DNA from: Selaginella moellendorffii
Lineage: Eukaryota > Plantae > Lycopodiophyta
Reading direction: 5' to 3'
NCBI RefSeq assembly: GCF_000143415.4
Contig: NW_003314453.1
Coordinates: forward strand, 30,267-94,266
Length of the DNA: 64,000 nt
The notes beneath the pieces were generated by a model that saw only the letters and a program-made list of their open reading frames with translations, did no database searches and was not told the origin of the DNA. A program made the position numbers and the translations under genes. Below are positions 51,251-63,572 of this stretch, piece by piece. Numbering within the stretch: the first letter of the stretch is position 1; each line of letters begins with the position of its first letter.

Positions 51251-52310
51251 CTCCCTGATCTCACCTAAACACCTTAACAGATTTGCCAAGGAATCTTATT
51301 CTTTAACCAAACAAAAACCTTGTCCTTATTTAGCCACACTTAGTGATCTCACCTTGACACCTTAACAGATTTGCCAATAGATACTAAATCTTCCAGATTT
51401 TTAAGTTGTTGACCATGACCTTGGGGGCATCCCCCAGGGTCATGTAATCTCCTGAGTTTGGACTTCTTGGGAGGTCACCTATCCCAGTACTATTCACACT
51501 CAAGGATGCTTAACCCCAAATATCCTAAGACCCTTAACCGATTGGAAAAGGGGGTGCACTTTTATTCATGAGCCTTTTCCCTCTATATTTAAACCCCATA
51601 GATCGTCTCTTAAGTCGTTCCCTTTGGTTGCTTACACCACACTTGTCAGTGCGCACAAGCTAGCCCTTCTAAGCAAGGGTCCATAGCAATTAAGATTGGG
51701 TGTCCCCATCTCATTCACTACATCTTTGGTGCCATTTACACCAAAGTATTCAAGTTAAATATGTTAAGCTTTCACACTAAAAAATTTAACATGCATCATG
51801 ACTCTAGGGCATCCCTCACTTGGTGGTGTGCCCAAGCCAATCTCCTCACTGAGAGTCCATAACCACCATAAAATAAGTGTTCTTATATTCCAAACTATCA
51901 CCACACCCTAGTGAGTTGGGATTTGAACACAAACACTAGAGGGTTGGGACTTGAACCCAACCTTCGTATATGCATTTATAGATAGCATCATATTTGGCGT
52001 GACTCCTCATGCCGGTCCACCAACTTATACTTAAAACACGCTATAGATCATAGTTTAGTAACATAGTTCCTTTGAACTACCAAGTCTTCTCACTTGACAA
52101 GTCTATGATTATGCATGGACTTTTCCATGTTTGGCCCCATGGGCCACCCTTTTTTGAAGTCAACACATTCAATTAAGATTTTTATTCCCCCCAACTTGCC
52201 AATCTCGCTTAGCAAGTCACCCGACTAGCATAACATAGTTTCGTGTGTAAGCGTGAAAGTCCTTAACCACTGACTTTCATTCAAAGCCATCGCTTGAACA
52301 CTTGGGGACA
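51251..52310 (-). mobile_element. Old LARD-family internal region
   Basis: Collinear with 46420-47250. Confidence 0.8.
51443..51636 (-). mobile_element. Cassandra solo LTR
   Basis: TGTAATC...GCTTACA, 194 bp, 5S-like segment present. The right flank is CCACA; the left TSD copy is altered. Confidence 0.9.
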
Positions 52311-54810
52311 GGGCTGGGTAGTTTTTGAGCTGAGATCAAGTCAATGAAAGTCAATGAGCTGGTTTCTCCAACATCTACAACCAAATTACAATAAGCAAGG
52401 TCATTAGAAATCAAGTTCTTACTCTCTTGGACGTCCTCACTATGGAGTTGCTTTTGTACATTTTGAGCAGTAAGGGCTGGATGAGCAGTAGCAGTAGGAT
52501 AAGATGGGGCAAAAGAGTTTTCAGCTGGGTTCTCCACTTGTTCGTCTTCAGTCTGCTCAATATGAATCTCGTCCCTGTCCTGAAGCATCTCCACTCCCTC
52601 CAAAAGTGCCTCTACAATAAAGTAGAAACATAAGTTATTGCTAGGAAGTTTTACTCATCAAACTTGGATGACACTCAAGATAGAGATCAAGCTCAAAAGG
52701 TGACGATGGCATTTGCCTCCACAACTCCAAATACCATGGACAAAGTTTTTGCTCCCACGCAGTGGGATAATGGAACTTTGGCTCATACATGCCAAACTTC
52801 TTCCCATCAATTAAGAGCTTGAGAAAAACACTTGCTGTATACATTGGAACACTTGGGCAATGATTTAAATACCTACAAAAGAGCCATGATTAAATAAGTA
52901 AGTCAATTTCTTGCAATATACCTATATGCCATGCAGTGCGAGAAAAATGGTTAGCTCAACTAGTTCTTGAAATCCATGGAGCTTGAGCTGCCATTAGAAA
53001 GCCATCCATCCCCAAGCTCTTGAAGGGAAGCTTGGACATATTCTGGAAGTGTTATGCCAATGTGGGCACTAGTAAGGAACTTCATATCCCATACTTGAAG
53101 TAGCTCCTTAGCAATTGCAATACTCTGAGTGATATAAAGCTTCTCCTTCATCAAGCTTGCTCTCTAGCCTCTTGTCATTGTTACGATGCCAAGTGTTGAA
53201 GAGCTCCAAGCCAGAGGTTTGTTCGTTGAAGGAAAGCTTGCTTTTTGCAATGTTATAGATCAATTCTTTAAGTGCCTTACCATTTCCTATAAGGATAAGG
53301 ATTTCAAAGTGGAATAAGAAAGATAAAAGACACTAACTTACTGCCACAAAAGCATATCTCTACAATGCAATCCAGCCAATCTTTATCATGTCGGATGTCT
53401 ATAATAGCAAGTAGCTTCTTCACCTTTGATTTCTTCAAGTTCAAAATGCACTGCTCAATTTGTCATAGTTCGAGGTTCTTTTACCCCTCATTCGTCACTT
53501 GCGTAATTTTCAAATATGAGTTTTGCTCCACCTTGACAATTGGTTAAAAGGAAAATTTGTGAGTAGAAAACACAAGTTCATGCAAGAAAAGGATACCTTT
53601 GCCCAAACCGCGACCAAAAAGTCCATAGGCACCTAATACCAAGTAAGAAACTTTTGGCCTTTATGTGCTACAAGCTTTGCTTGAACTGCTTCCATAACCT
53701 CACAACTATACAATATTTAGATTTCTTCGAGAGAAAGCATGCCAACATATCAAAGGTGCTTGATATCATGGACCAAGGTATGTGCTTGGAAAGCAAACTG
53801 ATTAAGCCTATATCATAGTTGGTGAGACTAGTAAGGGATTCTTAAATATTGATCTTGTGATATACCAAGTTGAGCCTCACAACTTGGTTTCGATCCTTTG
53901 GCTCCTTAAGGGTCACTGGAACACAAATATGTCACTCACCATCATTCTAGAACTTCTCTTGGATACACCTCCAAAATGCTAGCCATTGGTGGTTTCCATC
54001 AATAATGAAGAACATCTGGCCTACAAAGGCTTGTGTCTCCTTGTGGCATGCCATCAAAGTATCAAACTCTTGAGATTTCCTTTGCTATATCTGATCCTAA
54101 ATCTATTTGATCTCGTGAGTAACCATGTCTATGCAATTTATTCTGGGGAATGATGACAACATAATAAATGATCCAGTAGTGTACCCAAATCCAATCTCTG
54201 TGAAAGAGGTATAAATAGCCATGTAACATAGACTAAGCGCACCCAATGACTTTGCTTAAGATGGCAAAGTGGAATTTGAAGATGTTGGGATCCTTTCCAA
54301 GCCATTTCACTGAACACCCTGCTAATAGTTTGTTCTTGAGCCTAGATAATAGTCTCGTGTACTCACTCATTCAAGATCATGTAAGCCTCTAGCATAGTTA
54401 CCACTTCATTTTTGTGACATTCAGGAGCAACAGCATGTTTGCCATTTTCACCACCAAGATCTGCCCCACCACCTATAGCACCAGATGCCTCATTTCTACC
54501 ACCAAGTTCTGCCCCACCACCTATGGCATTAGGTGTCTCATTTCCACCACCACCAGCAACTTCTCCTGTGCTAAAGATAGGTTCTACATTTCCACACTCT
54601 CTAGAACCATCTGGCTCCTACATGTTGACACTTGGATCAGGATCAACCATTACTTGAATTTGGAAACCACTACTCCCACCATGGTCTTCCTCTGAAGCAG
54701 CGCCTTGAACTTGTGAGGTGTCCCTAGTGAATCTAGCACAATGATCTAGTTGTTTTCCTAGATAATGGGTCCATTGAGGTTGACTGGCACACTTCTATGG
54801 TGGCATGATT
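52310..54810 (-). pseudogene. Decayed spliced gene with a ParB/sulfiredoxin-like N-terminal domain (probably transposon-borne)
   Basis: HLQIPLCHLKQSHWVR...TSFTEIGFGYTTGSFIM...QMFFIIDGNHQWLAFWRCIQEKF (Q is CAA, likely from CGA = R). Short GT-AG introns, a Gly-rich repeat near the N-terminus, many stops, and 3' truncation by LARD sequence. Confidence 0.5.
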
Positions 54811-54871
54811 TACATGTCTTCATAAAAATGACAAAAAGAATTGAGTAAACATTTAAAAAAAGTTTTGAAGA

Positions 54872-55030
54872 AAAATAGGAGCAATTTCCTTGGCACTGGG
54901 AAGATCGGTTCATTGCCGAACCAATCTTCTAGCACCAAGAGAACAAAAGAAAAAAGAAAAGGAGTAACTCCCTTAGCGCTGGGAAGATCAGTTTGGCAAT
55001 AATCTTCCAGTGCCAACAAAACTAAAGAAC
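54872..55030. repeat. Two tandem about 82-bp units, each a long imperfect inverted repeat
   Basis: cttggcactgggaagatcggttc...gaaccaatcttctagcaccaag (54889-54939) and ttagcgctgggaagatca...taatcttccagtgccaa (54973-55016). Confidence 0.8.
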
Positions 55031-55032
55031 TA

Positions 55033-58000
55033 CTAGCAGGGATCCCAGCTCCGCTGGAAAAAAGTAAAGAATGTTTTCAATATGAAAAAATGTAATCATA
55101 CATACTTTGGGTTAGAACAACATATTTTCAAAAAAAAAAAATAGAACAATGACTTATGATGATTTTCCCTATAATAAGACTTGGTGGTTCTCCCAGTAAT
55201 GAGACTTGGTGGCATCTTAGGTAGCCTTTTCTTTTAGTTTTTTAAAAAAAAAGAAAAGAGAGAGCCATGTTAAAGGAGTGCAATTGAATAGTCATTTACA
55301 GCTTTTAATGCTACAAGTTGGTCACAGAAACTTTGCAGGTGCAAAATGCAGCTTCAGCATTTGCATCCACTCTAGCCGTGTCAAAGAGGGGAAGAAATTA
55401 TTGGCAAAGATCCTGGGATTATCCTTTTCTAAAGTTGGTAGTTGACAATTTGTCAGAAAAGAATGGGAGAGTTTCTCTTTGCATTCTCCCCACCACCAGT
55501 AAGTCTTTTAGCAATTCAATGAGCTCTTCATAAGTCTTTGAACTAAGTTGATTAAGAATACCTTCAAAACCAAGAGAAAGAGTATACATCTATAAGTTCA
55601 ATTACCAGATTCTAGCAACCAGCTTTGGACTCTCAAGAATCTAGAAAAAAAAAACTACTCCTGTAAAGGGTCATAGTCTAAACTCCAATCATGAAATTAA
55701 GAAGTTCTTTGATGCAACTTGTCTGATCAGAAAAACATTAGAAGAGGATTTTTATGGCCCAAGCGTTGTCAAAGTTGGGTGGCTCAGAAAGGTTGCACAA
55801 GTCACTTAGTTCTGGAGGTAGATCCTCTTGTTATATGGCACTACAAACACAATGGTCATCTGGATGTTTGTCTTACTCTTTGCATTTTTTTGAACAATGC
55901 TTCAAGGTACAACTGGAGAAATTTGCTAGAGATGCTCATCTTATACATATTATATGTTATGTAAATCTGTCTATTCTTTAATTCTTTTAAAGGCATTTCG
56001 TTCGTTCTCACTCATCACATACTATTGATGATGGAAGTGAGGCATGGGAGGCCACTATGAAGAGGAAGCTCCAAGACATGTGTCATACTAACCTTCCCTA
56101 AGTTGCATGAGTAGTTGATGTTTCACATATATCTTAGTATTATCTGGCGCACTGAAACAAAGTGGCATTGACAATGAGGTAGCCAATGAACTTACATGTG
56201 ACTAAAGTTGTGTAGACCGGCAAAAAATGGTGAAAGAAATCTATCCAAAAGCTTTTAACTCACGATCCAATCTTAACAGCAATCCAGGTGGCTTGAAGTA
56301 CTTGTTTGTTGTGATAACAACTTTCTCAAGCAGAGAATTTGAATTATCTGAGAAGAATCTGAGTAGTCATTTGGCTGGATGGGACAACACATTTGCAGTT
56401 GAAAATAACAGGAACAAATGTGATGAATTTAACTATGTTCTATGCCTCGTAGATCTTATTAGTGAAGCCCTCTAAAGCAAGGCCAAGGCCTATTCTCTGT
56501 GTTGTATTTATCCTGAAATCCTGACATAAGAACAAAGTCAGATTCCAAAAAATTTTACTGAGTTTGACAGGGCAGCATTGTTTTCTACACGCCTGGGAGT
56601 GACCCTCTCCTTCTCTAAGCCACACATCCACCAGGCTCCCACACAACTTAAGCACTGTGGAGAGGCTTATGGCAAAACCATCACAAACAAACAACTCCAG
56701 AACCACCTCCTTTCCAATCCCAGCATCAGTGACATCTATGACACAGCACTGTGGCAAGCCATCTTGTCAAAGCTGGCTGAGAATCCACCAAGTTTCCACA
56801 TTTCATGTACATGTCCTGTTTATCAATTTTTTCTTATACTATATACCATTGGATGCATTAGAATCAATTTTGGCTTTTTGGAAATTGTCTTTACGAATGT
56901 TAAAAGTTGGAATGAACACTACATTACTGAAATCAATGCCATGAACCACTAAAATAGCGACTCATCTTTTAAATCTGCTATGTAAACCTCTGAAAAAAAA
57001 ACTAAAGAAACTACCTGATGCAAACACAGAGTGCAGCTTGTTTTGTATCAGCTTAAGTTCTTATTCCTCATCATACCACGGGTCTGCTGCTCACACCACT
57101 CTGATAACCGAGCCCAGTGATCGATCTCTCCAAGAACATCCTCTTGTTAAATCCATCAAACTCGCAGTTTCCACCTGTGAGTAGAATCATCCCATCCATA
57201 ACTCGGCTGACAAGTTAGTTTGGCACTCTCCTCATGGCAATGGATGCCATTTCTCCCACTTCTGCCTGATCTACAGGCTGGAAGAATATCTCTGAATCGT
57301 TCCACACCAAGAACTATTTGGTAGTCCTTCTCAGTAAGAGGCCGTTGTATTACAAACTCTGGCACTATTTCCTGCAGTCCGGGTGGTGGCACTGAAGTAT
57401 ATGAAAGATCAATTTCCTGGAAGTAAAGCAGTTAGAAAGGGAAAAGAAAAGTAGTGACGAAAGTGATATACCTTGAGTTTCGAGGTTAGATGACTGAGTT
57501 CTGCTTCATCTTCATCTACATCTTCATATACACAACTGTTCCTTGAATAAAAGGCTTTCTGCATTTTTGAGCAGAGGGTACTTCTGTGATGCTAGAATGT
57601 TACCACTATTCACTATCTTTTAACACCTTAATGCTTTCTCCGTTAGCTTTACATATATTACCTCAATCAGTCTACATCCCGAAAAAGGTTCTTCAAGTAT
57701 TCCGCCTCATTTTCTAAATCAATAAGCTTTGAGGATAGTTTTGCTGCTGCCATTTCTTGAAGCCGATAGCCCTTCTTTTCTCTCAAAGCTGCCAGTTCAT
57801 ACTCCCCAGGCTGCTCTTTTTCAGGTGGCAGTATCCATGGCAGCTGCCACCATCTCATTTTCACTATTGCCTAGGGAGATTATAACTGATGAAATAAATT
57901 GTTACAACATTGACACACCGAACTGCTTACCTAAAATAGTTTTAGCTCTGCAGTATAGTCGACTGTAATGCAGCTATTCTCTGTTTTTCAAAAACCACAT

Positions 58001-58895
58001 ATGGTAGTTATGCTATATTCAATCAAATCGCTATGGACTTACAGATATTGAAGGCACAAAAAGCACTTTAGATAATCAGAGACATGAAAGCCTCCTACCG
58101 ATTTTCTGCAGCATACTTCCATAATAGGCTCCTTAATAGATATCTGACACAATACGAGTTTTGAACTTACAACAAAAGCAAAAACTAACAGAGAAACCAT
58201 CAGTGTATTGGTATAATATGAGTTGTAGCAAACAAGTATACCATCAGAATTGCACGTGTGTGTGCATGCATGTGCGTGCGCTCAGAGAGAGAGAGAGATA
58301 GAGAGCACGCACCTGTCCAGTCGATTACAGTGTCAATCCTTAAGGGTGCGAGAATTGGATTGCTGGCCGCGATGGCGGCAAAATCCAGCACTGCCGGCTT
58401 GATCCCCGCGATCCAATCTTTGGACTGGATCCCCAATCCGTAGGAGATGGCATCGAGGGAATCCCTCATAGAGCTGGATAAATGGAAGCTTGTGACGTCC
58501 TCACTGCAGCAATCATGGCGGGGGAGCGCCACCATCGCCAGCCACCTGTGTGCCGACGCCAGGTTCTTGTGGCACCAGGATCTCTTGGTGCGATGCTCAT
58601 CACCATCCCCCAGCGCCATGGAAGATTGATAGGGGAGAGAGAGAGAGAGAGAGCTTCAAGAGCATGCGAGAGAGAGCACGCACCTGTCTAGTTGGTTACA
58701 GTGTCAATCCATAAGGGTGCAAGAATTGATCACGTCCAAACCACCACAATCAGTACAAATATGAAACCCTCAGATACAAAAAGCCATTATAACTGTTTTT
58801 AAGAAAGTATTACATCTGAACCATCAATTTGACAAATCCAAGGGTAAGAGAATATCTGTCCCCCGATGCCAATAGCACTTTTAAATAAAGAAGTA
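55033..58895 (-). mobile_element. Non-autonomous Helitron C (about 3.9 kb) with unidentified spliced gene fragments
   Basis: The 5' end is (TCA)TACTTCTTTATTTAAAAGTGCTATTGGCATCGG at 58895. The 3' end is CCAGC-GGA-GCTGG GATCCCTG CTAG|T at 55033. Exon-like blocks lie at about 57015-57870 and 58312-58620. Confidence 0.78.
58296..58728. repeat. About 60-bp direct repeat pair with (GA)n flanking an exon-like block
   Basis: gagagagcacgcacctgtc.ag...ttacagtgtcaatcc.taagggtgc.agaattg at about 58300 and 58670. Confidence 0.8.
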
Positions 58896-61792
58896 CTAGC
58901 AAAAGTCCCAGGTACGCTGGGAGCATTGTGTTTAGTTCTGATATTGTGAGAATGTCAAAGAGTTGTAAGCGTATTTGTAATTTTTAACATAATCATAATT
59001 ATAAGATATATAGTTAAACATAACATAATATTTATATTAAAAATATCTTCAACAATTGACTCCATCACCAACGAACATCATAACATAATAAATATAACTC
59101 AGTACATTATATGATATTTAAAATTCTGATTGTTGACTGAAGTCTTGGATATTCTGTAAATGGAATTTCTCACTGTGGGATCCCATGGCCAGATGAGTCA
59201 TTTTTTATTAACTAATTTCTTCTTTTATTTGAAATCTCTATATAATTGATTAAAATCTTATTATTTGATTATTTATTAAACTATATAATTACTCCTCTTC
59301 ATAACGTATGTGTTACTTAGGTACACTCAATTATAATGATGTTAAAAATATATTTAATATATATTTAAAAACTCACTTAAAGTGCATACATCTTTTAAAT
59401 CTAAAAAATATAAACATTGTTATGGAGTTTCTCTATTCATCATTTCAGACTGAAAGTTTTGGAATTGCATAATAATAAGTGAAAGACGTTAGCTTTATGT
59501 GTTATATTTTCTTTTAATAACTTTTAATATTTTACATATTTATCATTGATACTCCCTTTTTACCTAATATTTATATTCATGCATTTTGAGAGTAATATTT
59601 AAAATAGAAAGTATTCTATTATATATCATAAACATTATTTCTGTATTTATTTTTATAAATCTAAACTAATATTATTATTTATTTATATTCATGCTTTTAT
59701 ATTTAAAATTAAGGCTTTATAACACTGTTATGAATGCTGAAACTTTATGATGATAAATGAATGGTAATTTTTTACTCTATACTGGGCTAGAGTAGGGTTT
59801 GATGATATATAATCTTGTCTTTATGCTAGGGCTATAATATATTAGAAAATTCATAAATGGTATATAGATAGGTTTAATATCATATAATTAAAATTCTGTA
59901 TATGGTCCATGTACTAATGTTATCTCAATCATATTTATACCTTATTATGTTTTCATGTATAAATGCAATGTAGGATAAAGTGGTAGAAAATTTATGATAT
60001 TATATAAATCTTAGACTAATGCTTTATTTCGTTAAAGTGGGATTTTTCATTATCCCACTTATGGTGTGTGGCCACATGCCATTTTTATAACAACAATAAA
60101 AAATTGAAGTTTTAACTTTATAATTTATAAATTAAAAACTTTTCATATGATTTTGTGTTATAATATTGTGAAATATAAAAAAATAAATTAAAAAACTGAT
60201 AGAAATATTAATAAATATTAATTAAGTACTAGGAAATGGCATGTGGACANNNNNNNNNNNNNNNNNNNNNNNNNNNNNNNNNNNNNNNNNNNNNNNNNNN
60301 NNNNNNNNNNNNNNNNNNNNNNNNNNNNNNNNNNNNNNNNNNNNNNNNNNNNNNNNNNNNNNNNNNNNNNNNNNNNNNNNNNNNNNNNNNNNNNNNNNNN
60401 NNNNNNNNNNNNNNNNNNNNNNNNNNNNNNNNNNNNNNNNNNNNNNNNNNNNNNNNNNNNNNNNNNNNNNNNNNNNNNNNNNNNNNNNNNNNNNNNNNNN
60501 NNNNNNNNNNNNNNNNNNNNNNNNNNNNNNNNNNNNNNNNNNNNNNNNNNNNNNNNNNNNNNNNNNNNNNNNNNNNNNNNNNNNNNNNNNNNNNNNNNNN
60601 NNNNNNNNNNNNNNNNNNNNNNNNNNNNNNNNNNNNNNNNNNNNNNNNNNNNNNNNNNNNNNNNNNNNNNNNNNNNNNNNNNNNNNNNNNNNNNNNNNNN
60701 NNNNNNNNNNNNNNNNNNNNNNNNNNNNNNNNNNNNNNNNNNNNNNNNNNNNNNNNNNNNNNNNNNNNNNNNNNNNNNNNNNNNNNNNNNNNNNNNNNNN
60801 NNNNNNNNNNNNNNNNNNNNNNNNNNNNNNNNNNNNNNNNNNNNNNNNNNNNNNNNNNNNNNNNNNNNNNNNNNNNNNNNNNNNNNNNNNNNNNNNNNNN
60901 NNNNNNNNNNNNNNNNNNNNNNNNNNNNNNNNNNNNNNNNNNNNNNNNNNNNNNNNNNNNNNNNNNNNNNNNNNNNNNNNNNNNNNNNNNNNNNNNNNNN
61001 NNNNNNNNNNNNNNNNNNNNNNNNNNNNNNNNNNNNNNNNNNNNNNNNNNNNNNNNNNNNNNNNNNNNNNNNNNNNNNNNNNNNNNNNNNNNNNNNNNNN
61101 NNNNNNNNNNNNNNNNNNNNNNNNNNNNNNNNNNNNNNNNNNNAGCTATTCACTCTTCTATTTTAAGTTATAAAATATATCATTTCTATAGTCACTACTT
61201 AATTTACTTTTAACTTTATAGTATATCTTTTATTGTGTGTACTATATACCATCTTTGTAAAAATGTTATGTTTAATTTTAATAATGTAGCATTGAATTAA
61301 TCAGATACTCTTTGTTCTATAAAGTTTTTATTCTATAGAAGAAAGAGTATATGATTGATTTGAAAATACATGTTTAAACATATTGAACAAATTTTTTGTT
61401 TTAAATATATCATACATAGTAGACATAATAAAAAAATTCATCAATGAATACCATCTTTGTACAACTAAATGTTTAAAATCATTTGAACCTAGTGCATTAT
61501 ATTATCTTGGATCAGTTGTCTAATTGCCTTCTATATGTATTACGATATCATTTATGCCTCCTTGAAAATTTGTTAATTTTAACACTTCATTCTCTATTTC
61601 TTACAATATTGTGAATGCATTAGTATAGGGATTTATCTCTTTTAATAATTTATCAAGACCACCCATTAGTTGCTCATTGCATTTAGAATTGTGTTTGTTT
61701 TTTTATTTTTATCTCCGTTGCTTGAGCAGTATCTAAAATATTTCATTATGAATAAGCTGCATATTTTTCATTATTTGGTTTGAAACTTCCAA

Positions 61793-61796
<4 letters not shown>

Positions 61797-61864
<68 letters not shown>
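61797..61864. repeat. (TA)34 microsatellite
   Basis: Perfect TA run. Confidence 0.97.
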
Positions 61865-61870
<6 letters not shown>

Positions 61871-62810
61871 GAGCCACCTACTGCAATGATCAATGAGGCT
61901 CTTTCATTTAAATATATTGGATGATTAGTGAAAGATCTCGATTCAACTTTGATCTTTATTTATATATCAATAAACGTTTTACAATTCTTTCTNNNNNNNN
62001 NNNNNNNNNNNNNNNNNNNNNNNNNNNNNNNNNNNNNNNNNNNNNNNNNNNNNNNNNNNNNNNNNNNNNNNNNNNNNNNNNNNNNNNNNNNNNNNNNNNN
62101 NNNNNNNNNNNNNNNNNNNNNNNNNNNNNNNNNNNNNNNNNNNNNNNNNNNNNNNNNNNNNNNNNNNNNNNNNNNNNNNNNNNNNNNNNNNNNNNNNNNN
62201 NNNNNNNNNNNNNNNNNNNNNNNNNNNNNNNNNNNNNNNNNNNNNNNNNNNNNNNNNNNNNNNNNNNNNNNNNNNNNNNNNNNNNNNNNNNNNNNNNNNN
62301 NNNNNNNNNNNNNNNNNNNNNNNNNNNNNNNNNNNNNNNNNNNNNNNNNNNNNNNNNNNNNNNNNNNNNNNNNNNNNNNNNNNNNNNNNNNNNNNNNNNN
62401 NNNNNNNNNNNNNNNNNNNNNNNNNNNNNNNNNNNNNNNNNNNNNNNNNNNNNNNNNNNNNNNNNNNNNNNNNNNNNNNNNNNNNNNNNNNNNNNNNNNN
62501 NNNNNNNNNNNNNNNNNNNNNNNNNNNNNNNNNNNNNNNNNNNNNNNNNNNNNNNNNNNNNNNNNNNNNNNNNNNNNNNNNNNNNNNNNNNNNNNNNNNN
62601 NNNNNNNNNNNNNNNNNNNNNNNNNNNNNNNNNNNNNNNNNNNNNNNNNNNNNNNNNNNNNNNNNNNNNNNNNNNNNNNNNNNNNNNNNNNNNNNNNNNN
62701 NNNNNNNNNNNNNNNNNNNNNNNNNNNNNNNNNNNNNNNNNNNNNNNNNNNNNNNNNNNNNNNNNNNNNNNNNNNNNNNNNNNNNNNNNNNNNNNNNNNN
62801 NNNNNNNNNN

Positions 62811-63300
62811 CTGGAGGAAAAATGCCTGTGCCCTGTCCAAAAGGAGACTTGGACAACACCACAAAGTCAGCAAACTTTCCTGGCGTCAGCGACCCAACCA
62901 AATCCTCCAATGCAGCTGCATACACAGCCGAGGATGTGTACCTGTGAATCCAAAAACAAAAACTGCATTTCAGTTTCTCATCTGTTATCTCTTACCCTGC
63001 CACTACGTCCCATGCAGAAATCCTTTCCTCGGGATGACTCCAGCCTGAAGTGTTCTCTCCATAGCTGTGCGGATTCCTCCAAGTTGATTCACTGCTACCA
63101 CCTTGAGACAAACCATTCATGTAACGCCGAAGAAAAAGTATTTGAGAGGCTTACAGGCCAGTCAGATCCTAGAGCAACCACACTACCGTTTCCGAGGAGG
63201 GAAATCATTGCACTTCACCAGTTTATACCCCTCTTTGTGGCAAGCCTGTAGCTTTTGCATTATAGAAGTGTAAAGTAGGGACCATGTATTAGCACCCACT
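62811..63300 (-). pseudogene. 3' fragment of a LAF3/YtcJ-like amidohydrolase
   Basis: SLLGNGSVVALGSDWP / VVAVNQLGGIRTAMER / YTSSAVYAAALEDLVGSLTPGKFADFVVLS, with stops and frameshifts. Confidence 0.8.
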
Positions 63301-63572
63301 CTGCAAAAGAGAGTCGATTAGGAAGGATTCTAGCAGTGTATCACCTTTTCACGTCCGTGTTCACAGAAGATTATAAAGAAGGTAAACTAACAAAAAAAAG
63401 CACATTACTGAAAAACAATCTTTTGTATTGTGTAGACAAAGAAGAAACAACTGATAATCCAGAAGAACAAAAAAAAGGTGAGGCTGTGTAATAAAGACTT
63501 TGTGAAACTTTAATAATTATAGGAAGAGCAGGTATGGATATCCATGGTTTCTTTGAACTCCTCTTTGCTCGG

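Noticed and set aside
57015-57870. DEAH-box helicase (DHX16-like) N-terminal fragment
   Set aside because: Only a vague resemblance in one exon and no helicase motifs. Left as unidentified cargo.
60218-63048. 300+ aa ORFs spanning N runs (also at 13-436, 2067-2750, 26084-27091, 29730-30191 and 41691-42005)
   Set aside because: Artefacts of assembly gaps translated as X.
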